A DNA stretch of 64,000 nucleotides. Origin: Curvularia clavata (lineage: Eukaryota). The translations under genes were made by a program, and so were the position numbers. The notes beneath the pieces were generated by a model that worked only from the letters and a program-made list of their open reading frames with translations, made no database searches and was not told the DNA's origin. Shown here in pieces: positions 1-13,206 of the stretch. Where the stretch lies: NCBI GenBank assembly GCA_023920165.1, contig CP089274.1, positions 2,108,001 through 2,172,000 on the forward strand, given 5' to 3'. Within the stretch, counting starts at the first letter, position 1. Each line of letters begins with the position of its first letter.

Positions 1-3000
1 ACTGGCCCACTTCAGCATGTTTTGACACAGAGCAAGACAGCGTCAGCCTAGGCGATAATAGAAGCAGACATTTTCTCGTGGATGACTTGGCTCCGTGTTT
101 CAGGTGCAGGGTACGTCCACTGTGCAGAAAATGTCTTGCTGCGATGTGCTTGTGGCGAAGGACCTAGCAGATCCAAAATAGCACTCTCTGTATGATCTAG
201 AGAGAAGTGCTACATGTGTGTCTCACTAGGGATCAACTAACTGGACAGTGATACTGTCGTGGCATGGACGGGACTTGTTCTCACTATCGGCGAATGATGA
301 TGCTGTCAGTGGCTGGAAATACTATCGACAGCGGGGACCAGCAGACTGTGAGGGCAAGCCATGGCAATAAGGTTTACCTCTATCACAACGTCGCAAAGGG
401 GGCGGAATAGATAGCTTGCGCAAGTTACGGGATCTACGTAGTTGAATCAAGTCCAGGGATACGATGTATGCCTGAGGAAAAGGCTCTAGTATAGACATTC
501 AAGGATAAGATGCGAAGTGCCACTCTAACTGGGCTAATGATATTTTCCGGCAATGTCCGTCTGGCAAAGGAGAGCGAATCCTGTGTGCGGACGTCACTGC
601 AGGCAAACTCTGGCGTCGTATTCGTGATTACAATTCGTCTGGCTGTTTTAATCGTGGATCACTTCCGTATCTCGTATCCGGGAGCTGAAGATAAGAACGA
701 GGAGCTTGTCGCAACCTCGAGTGCAACAATGGTTGACCATGATAGTGGTGGTGGCAGTGGCAGTGGCAGTGATGGTGGTTGGCACCAAATACAGTTGCCA
801 TTCAGTGTATTTGGTGAGCAATGCTGAGGGAGTCATTGGCGTTGCGTAATGTAAAACGGTGGTGCTGAGTCGCAATAGCCATTAGGTGGGGTTGGCCAAA
901 CGACTGCAAAGCTATGATCACCAATTGTCGTTTCAGTAATTTGTAGCGCGTTTCTAGGAGCATTTTTGTATACCATTCTTAGCAGCTAGTAGCGGGAGGA
1001 GAGTATTGAGTTCATTGTTGCGGTTGTTTTAATTTCATTGCGATGCCGTAATTTCGCTTGGACCGGGCGGTAGCGCGCCAAAACCGGAGGCGAAGCGAAA
1101 GGCATAGCAGCCCTGGTCGGGCGATCCTAGGGCCTAGCATCCTGTTTTCGTAGCGATAGGCCTTAGGGCTGGCGTGGGGTAACCCAGATTGGGCATGCTG
1201 CCTGGACAAGAGACACTTGCCGCGTCCCAATTGGAACTTTGATGTCGGAACTGCATACGGCGACGACGATCTTAGCGGATTCACGACAGAGCTCAGGTCG
1301 CCATTGACGGTCTACCAGCGCCTCTGTCCTCATACACGGCTTGTTGAGGGCGCGGGGTCCTTTTGTCATGGTTTGCATTATGAAGAATGAGGCAGCTCGC
1401 ACGCCGATTACGCGGTGAGCGAACGGTTGATTTGGGGCATTAGCGGGAGCGGCATTCGAGGACAGAGGCCCTAGAGATTTGTCCGTAAATGGGCATGTCC
1501 GTGCAGAAGACGGTGAGAGTCGAGTTGTGGCTGTCTGGGTGCATTTGTGATTGAGCGAAAAAGCACATTTACATATGGAGGGCTGTCAATTGCCAGACCG
1601 CAAGTGATCGCCCGCAAAGCAATTTTCATGTTGAATATGTACACGGGCGGCGGTTTACGGTCAGAAGAAAAGCGTGCATTGCGGGCGGGAAGGGTACCAT
1701 TGCGACGTGTCAAGGGCGCTGCTGGGTCGGGTGCATGGCCTTGTGCGAGCAGCAGAGCAGGACAGAGTAGGCGTGTTGAGCTTGAGCCCCGCAGTCACGT
1801 GTGCGGGCCAAGCGAGCCGATGGCGCTACGCACGGCCGACGTGGTCGCAGTCAGTCGCTGGCCTGGTCGAACTGGTACCCGCCATGTTCCTGGACGACGC
1901 CAACGCCCGTACCAACAAAGTAGCCAGCACCACACACCGTTCGAAACATTGCCCACAGTGCACGGCCACCGGCACGCAAGCCGACCAGGACGTGGTAGCG
2001 GGCGACAGGGAGACAAGCGAGCCCAGAGACGAGCCTGCGTGGACAAGAAAGACGACAAGAGGTCACGACGACTACTCTCCCACCTACATGGTACTTACTG
2101 CATGTGCAACAACGGCGGTATAGACGACTCCATCTGTCGGCCGGTGAGTGGCCACGGCCAGCAGGTGCGCAAAGAAAGAAGCAACCCCAGGCGCATCTGG
2201 TGCTCTGGACCTGCTTGGACTAGAGCTCACTCGTTCGCTGCTCGCTCCCTCGCTCGACCGACGGCTCAGCCGCCAACCATGCTGACAGGGCGCTGTCTTA
2301 TCACCGGTGTGCTGTGCTGCGCTACGCTGCGCTGTGCTGTGCTGTTGCCCATCCCTTCCTGCGCAAGTATGAAGACGCGAATGGGCTTCGTATCGGGCTG
2401 AGCCAGGCTGACGGCAGGCTGGCAGCACAGCGTCTATATGGAGACGCACCAGGCGAATCTTACCTTACCAGCGGACAGGGCGCCGATCATGCCATAGCCT
2501 GGCCGTAATATTGCCGCATGCGCAAAATACATTACCGCTCTACAGGCTCGTTTTTTTTCTTTTCTGGGCGCGCCGCGCTAGGTTCTCGGACTTGTGGCTG
2601 ACGCGGATTCGGGGCGCATCTGCCTCATCCACCCACCCCACTCCTCCATGCTCCTCCACCATGCACCAATTCTAGTCCGCGGTGCAGATCTTCTTCCTCG
2701 ACCCCTGCCCGCTCCGCTGAGTCTTATCATCAACGCCGTGCAGACGCCCCTGGTCGCTCAAACATCTTCCATGGCTAACCGGGACGCGCTCGACCCACCC
2801 ACAAGCCTGGCGCGCTGCATCGACATGCGAGGCACTAGCTCATGCCGCATCCCTCGCCCAGTTGATGAATTCATCGTCGCTCCAATGAATGCATGGTCAA
2901 CACGCCCGCTTAGGCATGGTCGCCAGTTGTACCCGCTCTTGCATTTGCTACCTCGAGACATACTTGTGCTTCCAGAATTGCCTTTTCTCACGCCAATTCT

Positions 3001-3582
3001 CCCACCATTCTGTGCTTCAATTGATTGTCTTCATTGCCTGCTCTTACTGCTTTCCAGCTTGCTTGGCCAGCCGCACTGCACTGCACTGCACTGCACACAG
3101 TACCACCTGCTCGGCCCTTGCCCTCCGCATGCCATTCCACGGTTAGCAACCTTGGTCTGCAGTCAGCTCCACAGCCATCTTGACACACAGTTTTCGTCTG
3201 ACGTTCGCCATCCCTACCCTAGCTCTGTCCTCGTCTCCACTCCATGCTCGCCGCCCCATTGTAACACCTACAAGGACCAGCTATCTTCTGAAGCACTCGT
3301 CCACTGCCTGCTTGCTTCTTGGCTCACCGTTACCTGCAGCCACAATAGGCCCTTCCTCCCCGCTTCTTGTTCTCGCCTCGCCTCTTCCACACGTCTTTTC
3401 ATGTCCCCACCTCTGTTTTCCTCCTTTTTGATCGGTTCTTAGAAGTTGGTCCTTCTTCTCCTTACTACTATACCCCGTCTTGTTCCATCCTTGCCACCAC
3501 CCACTACCTTCTCTTTCGTGGCCACCTTCTTGTACCCTACGGTTTCTTTTCGAGTGCTAGACCACTCAAACCGTATCCCAAC

Positions 3583-6500
3583 ATGGTTTTCTGTACATAC
3601 TGTGGCCAGTCCTTCACCAGAGACGAACATCTGGAACGCCATATTCTTACCCGTAAGTCGTTATTCATATCCTCCCTTTTCCGTGCCGAAACGGTGCGGA
3701 AACAATTCTAGGAGCACCTCGCTGACCACTTCTCCCCAACAGACACCAATGTGAAGCCATTCAAGTGCTTTACCTGCCATATGAGCTTCGCCCGACGGTA
3801 TGTCTTCCCAGTCACAGCCTTCTGCCCTCACACACTCTCTTTCTTCTCGAGCCAGTCCTCGTATCCTAGGTAAAGCTGCTGATGATTCCACAGAGATCTT
3901 CTGCAGAGGCATTACACCGTCCATGGACGCAACCAAAATAACGAAGAAGGCCTCCCGCCTCAAGGAATAATACCTAAATCCGCCGGCCGCACACCCATCG
4001 CCTGCAGCAACTGTGCGAAGACGAAGACCAAATGCGATAAGAAATTCCCATGCACTCGATGTGCTCAAAGAAATTTGAAGTGCACGCTGCGTCCTACACG
4101 CAGGGCATCGAAAGGTGTCCAGCGAGTAGGTGGCCCTTCGGAAGCTGGCAGTGGAGACTCCAGCGAGAGTGGTAGCACCACCGAGAACCAGAACACTTCT
4201 GGAAACACTTCTCCTAACCACGAGTCTCAATCTCAGCCTCAGTCCCAGCAACCGACCGCACAGTCGTCTCCTTCTCAGATACAGCAACAGCCACAAATAC
4301 CCAATGGCCACCCGCCATCTCAACGGCAGTCCCGATCCCCGTCGGCGTCCCACTCGCGAAATACTTCAATTTCCCAGTCAGTGCAGGCACCACCACACAT
4401 CAGCCCAGAGGAGAAGACTCTTCACCTGCCACTTACCAACACACCGCCCTTCTTCGACCAGTCACCGTCACATGCCCTTTCCCAGGCGCCTTCTCTTCTG
4501 TCTCCACTACCCACACCAGTCACTGGCATGAACAGCTTCGTGTCTTCAACGCCCATGTCTGGATACGACGACTTCGTTCGCACAGTACGTGATCAAGGTG
4601 ATAATGGAAGCCCACAGTTCATGATGGATCCCTGGCAAAACATGTCCATGGATACTGGCTTCGATCCCATGAGACTGGATCCCTCGTTGATGATTTCGAT
4701 GGGCATGGACATGTCCATGGGGCCTCCACCTGAAGGCATCCTTGGAATGATTCCCGAAATGTCGCCAGCCCAAACATTCGCTCACGCACCAACACCTCGA
4801 GTCGACGAATCCTTCTCAGACCTACAAATCGGTAGCTCGGCCTCCATGTTCTATCCATCAAATAGACAATCCTCCATAACAGATGCAGGTGTCCCCGATT
4901 TGGGTGCCATAATTGCTGCTCAAGATGGCTGGACCGTGTTCCGCTGCACTCCTTCAATTGCCTCGAGTTCATGCCCACGCACTGCGAGGCTGAATCTTGA
5001 GCGCCTCGAGCTGAGCCTGAAGAACCACGAAGCCTGGAGTAGCTGGACTCCGTCCTGGGATGAGTCTGACTTTCAGCAAGCTGGTCGCATAGCAGTGTCC
5101 AAACTGCAAGAGTCGACCCGCGACAAGCTCCTTGCCATTACTCAAAGCTTCCTCCACAAGGCTCTTGACATCCACAAAGACGGGAATAGCACCACAAGTA
5201 GTGGCGAGTCTCCGGGATCAACGGCTTCCCACTCCAACTTTGTTCTTCTGCCACCTGCCCGTGTGCTAGAGTACTTTCTCAAATCCTATGCCAACTCTTT
5301 CGAACGCTACTATCCTACGTCTGCGAGGGGAGTATTGGACACAAATGAGCTGATGCAAAACTACAACGACAAAGCGTCGAGTTTGCTTATCCTCATGATG
5401 ATCGCTCAGGGTGCCATGACAATCCCATCGATAGAAGCGAGATGGTTGACTGGTGGATTCACCGAGGCCTGCCGCATATCGCTTTTCGATCTTATCGAGA
5501 AGAACATCATCATGGCGGGTGATCCCATAGTGCTTCGTGCTGCTCTCCTCTTCACTGTCCAAGCGGCGTGGAGTGGCGATAAGTGGCAGATGGACATCGC
5601 CATGGGCCAACGTGGTATGTACTTTTCAATGCTGCGACATTCTGGCATCCTGGACGTGCGTCCGCCGACAACACCTCAAATGAATGGAAATTCGACGATG
5701 GACTTGCTGTGGAAGGACTGGATCCAGCAGGAAAGCCGCAGCCGGTAAGTGTCCAGTCAGTAGTCACATGAGCCACAACTGACTAATCATCTGCAGTCTC
5801 ATCTACTCGTGGGTTATGGTCGACCAGGACCTGTCGCTCTTCCACGACACGGCTCCACTATTTTCAGTGACTGAGTTTGGCGCTCCCATGCCAGATTCTG
5901 ATCGTCTTTGGCAGGCACAGACTGCCTCAGAATGGTCCGACATGTTCAACCAAGTGCACGAGTTTTCCAACGGCTACTCGTCCGTGGGCTCTGGCGCGAG
6001 ACCACCCAGTCTTCGAGACCTCTTCCGGTACTTCTTGGACGACGAAATTGTTGTCCAGGATGTACAAGAGGTTCATCTCACGCCTATGCATCTGCGTCTG
6101 CTGCTACATCCCCTGCAGACCCTTGTGTGCCAGTATTGCCAGCTTCTCAGTTGCTTTTCAGATAGTGTAGCATCGCGTTCACGTAACCGCGCACTCACTG
6201 CAGCGTCGACACGCGTGCGCCTGGAAGAAGTGCAAGCGCTGCTGGGACGCTGGTTCGATCTCGCCCAACGGTACATGAAGGCCAACCCCATTTGTCCCAT
6301 GATGCAAGCCAACCTTGTCATGTTCCATCTTATCAGCATGAATGCTGTGTCCAACTTTCCCGAGATAGAACGTCTCGCACGGCGTGAAGGCATCGATGGC
6401 TCGTATCAGCAGATGCTCTGGATGCACAAGAAGTGCTTATCCGATGTCCAAGAAGCCATCACACACGCTGGTCAGATCCTCCGTCTCGTGCGCGAAATGC

Positions 6501-6859
6501 CACGAGGCATTCGTCCTCCATGGTGGGCAGGCGCCGTATACCGGGCCGCCCTCGTTGTGTGGACTGACTCGTTGGTCCAGAAGGAATCTCCGAGCCCCAA
6601 CCAGCAAGGCGCATATCAACAACCAGCGCCCAATGCTGTATTTTCAGTTGATCGTCTTCCTGCTGATCATCCTACCATACTGAGGTACATGTCGCGAAGA
6701 GACGGCATTCCTGCTCTTACCAAGCGTGACGGCACACCTGTGCCTCTGGACAACGGCTTCAATGTCCTCTCACATTGCATCGATGTCATTGACGAGGGTG
6801 TCGCTACCAGATTCTCCGATGGCATCCGCAGTAAGCTCCAGAAGCTTGCGCGAGCTTAA
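3583..6859 (+). CDS. CMR1: Melanin-regulating transcription factor with two C2H2 fingers, a Zn(II)2Cys6 cluster and a fungal TF middle-homology region (Cmr1/Amr1/Pig1 family); exons 3583-3652, 3743-3797, 3894-5744, 5797-6859
   Basis: Spliced translation MVFCTYCGQSFTRDEHLERHILTH-TNVKPFKCFTCHMSFARRDLLQRHYTVH...ACSNCAKTKTKCDKKFPCTRCAQRNLKC. Three GT-AG introns with CTGAC/CTGAT/CTAAT branch sites. Adjacent to BRN1, as in known Pleosporales melanin clusters. Confidence 0.96.
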
Positions 6860-9800
6860 GAGACAATACAATGCTTGTTTCTTGTCCTTTTTTCTTTCTT
6901 GTCCATAACATTCCTTGAAGTGAAACGAAATGTCACTGGCAGATGGTGTATTTGGCTTTGTCCATCCAGGGCTCCTTGTGGTTTTCTGCCGTTCTTTCAG
7001 CGCCTAGACATACGCATATTCTCCTACACATATTGAACGTCGCGGCACGCGTCAACGCGATGCGCTTGACGTTCAGCGCTGCATGCAGAACAATGTTGTT
7101 CGGAGTTTGGGTTTTGGATTTTCGGTCTTGTTGTTCTTCTCAAAATTGGGCCTAGATGTCTGTCTCCATGTGCAGGAAATGAGCGGTATGTTATCAAAGA
7201 CGAGTGCTATACGAATCATCAGCACCTCCTCCCTAATGTATGGTAGATATATATGCAATGATGTGTTTCTCTTACGAACCTTTGGAACAAGAAGCAATAT
7301 GCATGGTGATGCCTAACGTAGTGTTTGGTGGTTCCATCCACATGTTTGGTTGGCATCGTCGTTTTGGGAGACGACGGGCATGTAAGGACTTGGTACCGGG
7401 CTACTCCACTAGTGACTAGGGATACCAGCCATGTCGTTTGACTGAATAGTCTTCTTCCGTCCTTTCTCGGTTGTATCCGTAGACGCGGAGGTTCGGTCGA
7501 TGCTAGGATGCCGACCGTGATGCTGCAGCTAGTGTCATCTTGCACACGAAGTACTTACTTTGCCATCTTCTTCTGCCCACGTATCCGGCTCATGCTCCTG
7601 CCATCCAGGTGGCAACATCAGTGCTGTGCAGGCTACAGCATGGATAACGAGTATGTCGTCCGTTGAAAAAAAAAGGAATGGATGAGCCAACTGGAAGTCT
7701 CCCTCTCCACTTTTGTAATTCATCTGTTCACCCACGCCTGAACTGACCCATTACGTCCTTGAAACGTACAGCTAAATCGTCTAATCTCTTGCTTTCTTTT
7801 CTTTTTCCTATGGCGTTCGCGTGGCTCAGATGCAAGCTGAGCATGAGGTACGTTGAAGTGATGTGAGTGGCAATTGGCGACTGAGGCGTCGAGAGGCTTT
7901 GGATGGCTGGTGGGGTCGAATGACATTGCGGCTGGTGGGGTTTCTTTGCGTGGACAGTACGGCAGGGAAGTGGCGAGAATTTGTTGCATCAAACGGCATC
8001 GAGTAACGTTCGTGAAGGGATGTATCGTCGGTTTTCCATTTGACGTGGGGTCATGATCCGGCAGTGAATGGCCAAGCACATGGGATATATAAATCCAAAG
8101 GCATCGGGGAAAGGGGTGAAAGGGGGTACACTTGGGTCCCCGCAAGTGCTACACATGCAACCTTTCCCCTCACCTCCCCTTTTCGAGCGTTAGTAGCAGA
8201 CACTTGTGTGGAGCAAGCGGGAGGCAAGGCGTAATGGAGGCACGTCCCCCCCTCGATCGTTTACCTGAACGTTTTCGCTTCTCCTCTTGCCGGTCGCTAC
8301 GCGACCTACTCGGACACACATTGGTTACACCATTCAGAAGCCGCTGCATCCCTCCATATTCTTGCTGTACTAGCCTTTTTGTTGATCCACTGTGCAGTTA
8401 GCACTGACGACAAAGTTTGCGGCAGCTATCGTCATTTACAAAATCCAACCAACTAGACCGTTTACCCACTACACCTATCCCGCCCGCTTCCTTGCTTGAT
8501 ACCGGCTCTACGGACATCCTTGTTCGGAGATTGCCAGTCCCTTACCGGTTGCGGTCAAAATCTACATCACATCTAGATGCGCCTGGTTGAATACGGCTCA
8601 CTGCAGCGACGAAGGCTTCGGCATTGCCAACAATGTATTTAGACAATCCCGATGGACGAAGCTGACTTTCGCTGCATATAGCTTGGTTTGACACAAAAGC
8701 TTACGCGTTCCCATACGGCGTGGGGTGAGTAGTGAGTAAACAAGATATCGCGAGCTGACTGGCCGTTCTAAATCGAAAGACACGCGGCTCCAATCTACAC
8801 TATGTCGGTTCCCTGCTTCTAACTGACGTCGATGTGCATGCTTCCCTCCAGCTGCATACACAAGAGACCAGTAACGTTTGCCCTTGGGCTAACAGTTGGA
8901 GGGGAAAAAATAAATAAGTAAAGGACGTGTGTCGATATGCATGGGGCATACTCACCTACCTTACATGTGTGGCATGGCTCATGCCCAAACGAACCTAAAG
9001 CAACACCTGCCAAGACCACGGCTGCCCGCATCACAGCCCGTAGGCAACCTTTTTTTCAAAGTAGTAAAACCCCGGACTATTTGTCCATCGGACTTTTGCT
9101 CTCTGACATCTCCCACACACACCCACATACACTTACTCTTGGTTAGGCTAAAAGAAGGGCACGCCAACGGGCATACCAGAGAAAAAAACCCCGACTGACC
9201 CCTTTCAAGAGGCTCAACCCGTCGCTGTATCCAGGAAAGAGAAAATAAACGGTCGGTGAATCGGAGATTATCAGTGCCGTTGTAGGAATATCCTACATGT
9301 CTGCCTTACCCTTTCCTTTCCTTAAAAAGTAAGGCGGCCCGCATATGTATGGGGGCGTGCACAGCATATACCCATAACGACCATACCGGTGGGAAAAGGG
9401 CATAACGAGCCTCTGCATCCCCCGGCTGCAGATCTCTGCGTTTGTTTGCCCGCCGTAAGGGCTAGCCGAGCCTCGAGCTTGCGGTTTCCTTGGGGTAGTA
9501 TCCGAAGTGTGATGCTGGTTGCATGAATGACGAAGAGAGGGAAATGGGACTTGTTGTGTATCTCGTATTTCGTAAACATGAATATCTGGATGAAGCAACA
9601 CTACTGTCTACAACGAACGTCAGCAGTTGTATGCTGTACGGTGCGGAATTCCCCATCGAGATCTGGTGTCACGTCACTCATCAGAGACATTTTCATCGTT
9701 ATTGTGTTACTCTATGTGCCCCCCATTTGATGTCTAGGAGATAAGAAATCAACGCCAATGTACCTAGACTGCGGGGTGACGGTCGTACACGAGGCACCCC

Positions 9801-11819
9801 GAAGTAATACTCTTTGGTGATTACTCGCAGAAGATCAGCTTCGGTGTATTCCTTCTTGGGTGGGCAATGGGGGAAATAGGCCGATAGCCAGTAGTAAGAG
9901 ACGGTTCACCAGTATCCCGATGTTTGTTTTGTTTCGCTTCGAAGGCAAATGCATTGCTTGCCTTGACGCCGAACGGATGGAGGGGGAGCGAAGGCCATTC
10001 AGGAATAGCTCACACGACCCCACAGAGGCTTTTCTTCCTCGAGACATATCGTACTTCTGCTTAGTGGGGCCGGAGAGGAAATGGGGGCTTGGAGTGAAGC
10101 GGTTCACGCTACCGTTGTGTGTTGCGGTTTGGTGAGCTATGGTGTCTCACTGGCTACTTGGGTGAAATTACAACCAAGAAACGAGGCGTCATTTCTGTAA
10201 AGCTTGTCTCTGCGTTACGGATGACATAAAGGACCGGTGAACCGTAACGTCTTAACATCGTGGGCTGATATGGGGTGAAAGCGATATCCGTTGCGGTGTC
10301 ACGGGATGGTTTTCTGCCTCATTCAACACGATCATGTCGTACAGCTTTGTGCTCATAGAACTAACGAAACCTAATGATTTCCATATCGTCTATCTTTGGC
10401 TAGTTCACTCTACTCGCAGTTCTGAAAAGGGCTTGAATACACGAAGTTGTCAATACTTCCGCGGAACTTGCAGCGATACACTGGCCGCTACATCGTCGCT
10501 GTGACACGTCGTTCTACCATGGATATGTCTGTTATACACTCTAGAACCAATTGAAACCACCGAGGATGATCATGGTGTCCATTCCCGAGCCGTTGAAATG
10601 CCGCCATTAGAACACCACATATCGAGCAACGACAGCTTGGTGCTAACTAGACGTAGACGGAAGGCGCCGGGCCACGCCGTTTAGGATAGTCGTGATTCTC
10701 TCCCACAAGCCCCGGGTATATCGCTCAATGAAAAAGGCCTACCGTGTGTCTGTAACTCTCAGTGGTCGTTGTTCTCGACGCCGCTCGTATTCGGATGAAT
10801 TTCAATGTACGCGCAGGATGCGTCTGTAAGTAGGCAACGGGTAAAAACACTGCCAGCTCGCCATATGTAATCTAGACATGACTGTCTATCGACAACACAG
10901 TATTCTGAAGTTGAAGTGAGGTGGGCATGCATGGGCGGGAGAGCTACCTACCCGCGGATCCCCGCCATAGCCGCCGGCATTGAGATATTCTTGGATTGCG
11001 ACACCAGCGCTGCGAAACGGTGCCGACTTGCAAGACTCTCCCACTTTTACCGGGCCTCATCCCGAAACCCAAGAGCCCAGACAAACGTGCCTATCAGCAT
11101 GAATGGATGGGGAGCCATGGACATTTGACGCGCTCTGGTTGATGGTGCTGATGGGACGTTTGTGCCGGTCACATGACTGGCTCTCACGGGAGGTTCAGGG
11201 CTTCCTTGGACGAATCGTGGAAGGTTTTGGAGGGCTCACCTAGACGGAGTCCCGCAGACACGGAAACAGAGTCCGCCATGCCACGGGTGTCGCACTAAGC
11301 AATTGCATGTTCCCCGCTTCCCCCGTCTCGACATGTTGGAGACTGAGCGAGTCAGTCACGTACTACAATCGCAATGAGGCAGGCTCATGTCATCTCTGTG
11401 GAGTATGATCCACAGTCGACTAAAAAAAGACGATCTGTTCCTTTGAACCAACATCCCGCTTCGTAGACAGAGCGACTGGAAACTTTGGTGTTGCATAGTC
11501 AGCCTGGACAACCTGGCCCGCTGTCCAATCACGGCCGCCTGTTTCGCACTTCGGCCCCTCCTCCCGGACTATGGTCCCTGAGGCTCTGGCTCTCCTACGG
11601 GGACCTTTGCTACGGAACCGCGCGAGGGCGCAGGTACACGAGTTTCAGCCCTAGGACGCACAACACTTGGGGGCGAGTGCGATGTGCCGGACCGGAGGCA
11701 TTGAGATGAGGGGGAAACGCTGGATGGGTGTGAGAGAATAGCGGCGGCGGTTGTTTGATGGAGAAGAGGGTGCTCATGGAGTCACCTTTGTCCGCTGGAG
11801 TCCCGAATAGCGAAGAGGG

Positions 11820-11827
11820 TATATATG
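11820..11827 (+). promoter_or_regulatory. Putative TATA-like element of BRN1
   Basis: TATATATG about 125 nt upstream of the BRN1 ATG, followed by a CA/pyrimidine-rich leader. Confidence 0.45.
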
Positions 11828-11947
11828 AGAGTATCTTGACCGTACAAGAGAAATCATCACCATCACGACTCCAGCTCTCTTCACTACTACATCAACAGCC
11901 TTCCAACCTTTCCACCACCCCAATTCACAAACTTCACCACATTCACA

Positions 11948-12859
11948 ATGGCCAACATTGAGCAGACATGGAGCCTGGCTGGCAAGGTCGCCGTTGTTAC
12001 CGGCTCAGGTAAGCCTCAAAAGTCCCTCCGCGGAGTACATTACTCGTACTAACAATACTCTAGGCCGTGGTATCGGAAAGGCTATGGCCATTGAGCTTGC
12101 CAAGCGCGGCGCAAAGGTCGCCGTCAACTACGCCAACGCTGTCGAGGGTGCCGAGCAAGTCGTCAAGGAGATCAAGGCTCTGAACAACGGCTCTGACGCC
12201 CACGCCTTCAAGGCCAACGTCGGCAATGTCGAGGAGAGCGAGAAGCTCATGGACGATGTTGTCAAGCACTTCGGCAAGCTCGACATCTGCTGCTCCAACT
12301 CTGGTGTCGTTTCTTTCGGCCACTTCCAAGATGTGACCCCCGAGGAGTTCGACCGTGTCTTCAACATCAACACTCGTGGCCAGTTCTTCGTTGCCAAGGC
12401 TGCCTACAAGCGCATGGAGAACTACGGTCGCATCATCCTTATGGGCTCCATCACCGGCCAGGCCAAGGGTGTCCCCAAGCACGCTGTCTACTCTGGTTCC
12501 AAGGGTGCCATTGAGACCTTCACCAGGTGCATGGCCATCGGTAAGTCGTACCTCAACGCTTCACTCTTATATCATCCACTAACAATATCTTAGACGCTGG
12601 TGAGAAGAAGATCACTGTCAACTGCGTTGCCCCCGGTGGCATCAAGACCGACATGTACCACGCCGTCTGCCGCGAGTACATTCCCGGCGGTGACAAGCTC
12701 AGCGACGACCAGGTCGACGAGTACGCCTGCACATGGTCTCCTCACAACCGTGTTGGCCAGCCAGTGGACATTGCCCGCGTCGTCTGCTTCCTCGCTTCCC
12801 AGGACGGCGAGTGGGTCAACGGAAAGGTCATTGGCATTGACGGTGCTGCTTGCATGTAA
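11948..12859 (+). CDS. BRN1: 1,3,8-trihydroxynaphthalene reductase (SDR family, DHN-melanin pathway); exons 11948-12008, 12064-12540, 12594-12859
   Basis: [25 protein letters not shown] (TGxxxGxG), catalytic YSGSK, C-terminus [15 protein letters not shown]. Two canonical introns and strong C-ending codon bias. Confidence 0.97.
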
Positions 12860-13206
12860 GCGCGTGGTGCAGTGCTGTAGAATGAGCTTTTGTTTTAGTG
12901 TTTAGAGCTGGCATCCATCGGCGTTCTTCTCTAGAAAAGAAGAAATGAAAATTATTCATAATCAATCTGTCTATCTACTGCCATTGTGATGTTTCTAAAT
13001 CTGCATGCATTGTGTTGTCAATGGCTGGTTTTGTTAATCACCAAGTCGGTTCCACGTACTGATATGAGCAAGAAATAATGAGGATAACGGCCATTTTGCT
13101 GCTTTGAGCAGGCAATGCCCTTTTCGAAAGGTCGATTCGATATCTATGAACTTTGATAACTCACTGCCATCCAAGTAGCATGTGTTTGAACGCATGTAAC
13201 AGATGA

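Noticed and set aside
745..780. (GTGGCA)n tract encoding GGGSGSGS in ORF 510-827
   Set aside because: A simple microsatellite in intergenic DNA; the host ORF has no other coding support.
1547..3442. ORFs of 284 aa (1547-2401) and 282 aa (2594-3442) upstream of CMR1
   Set aside because: Non-ATG starts, no recognisable domain, and composition mirroring GC-rich or pyrimidine-rich promoter sequence; most likely chance ORFs.
8100..11610. About a dozen CCCCG/CGGGG motifs in the CMR1-BRN1 spacer as Cmr1 binding sites
   Set aside because: A 5-mer on either strand is expected roughly ten times in 5 kb at about 50% GC, so the count shows no clear enrichment.
12060..12482. Antisense ORFs over BRN1, and similar shadows over GGA, the P450, IF-2, the ABC gene and the RdRP
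   Set aside because: Expected by-products of codon bias on the coding strand, with no independent signals.
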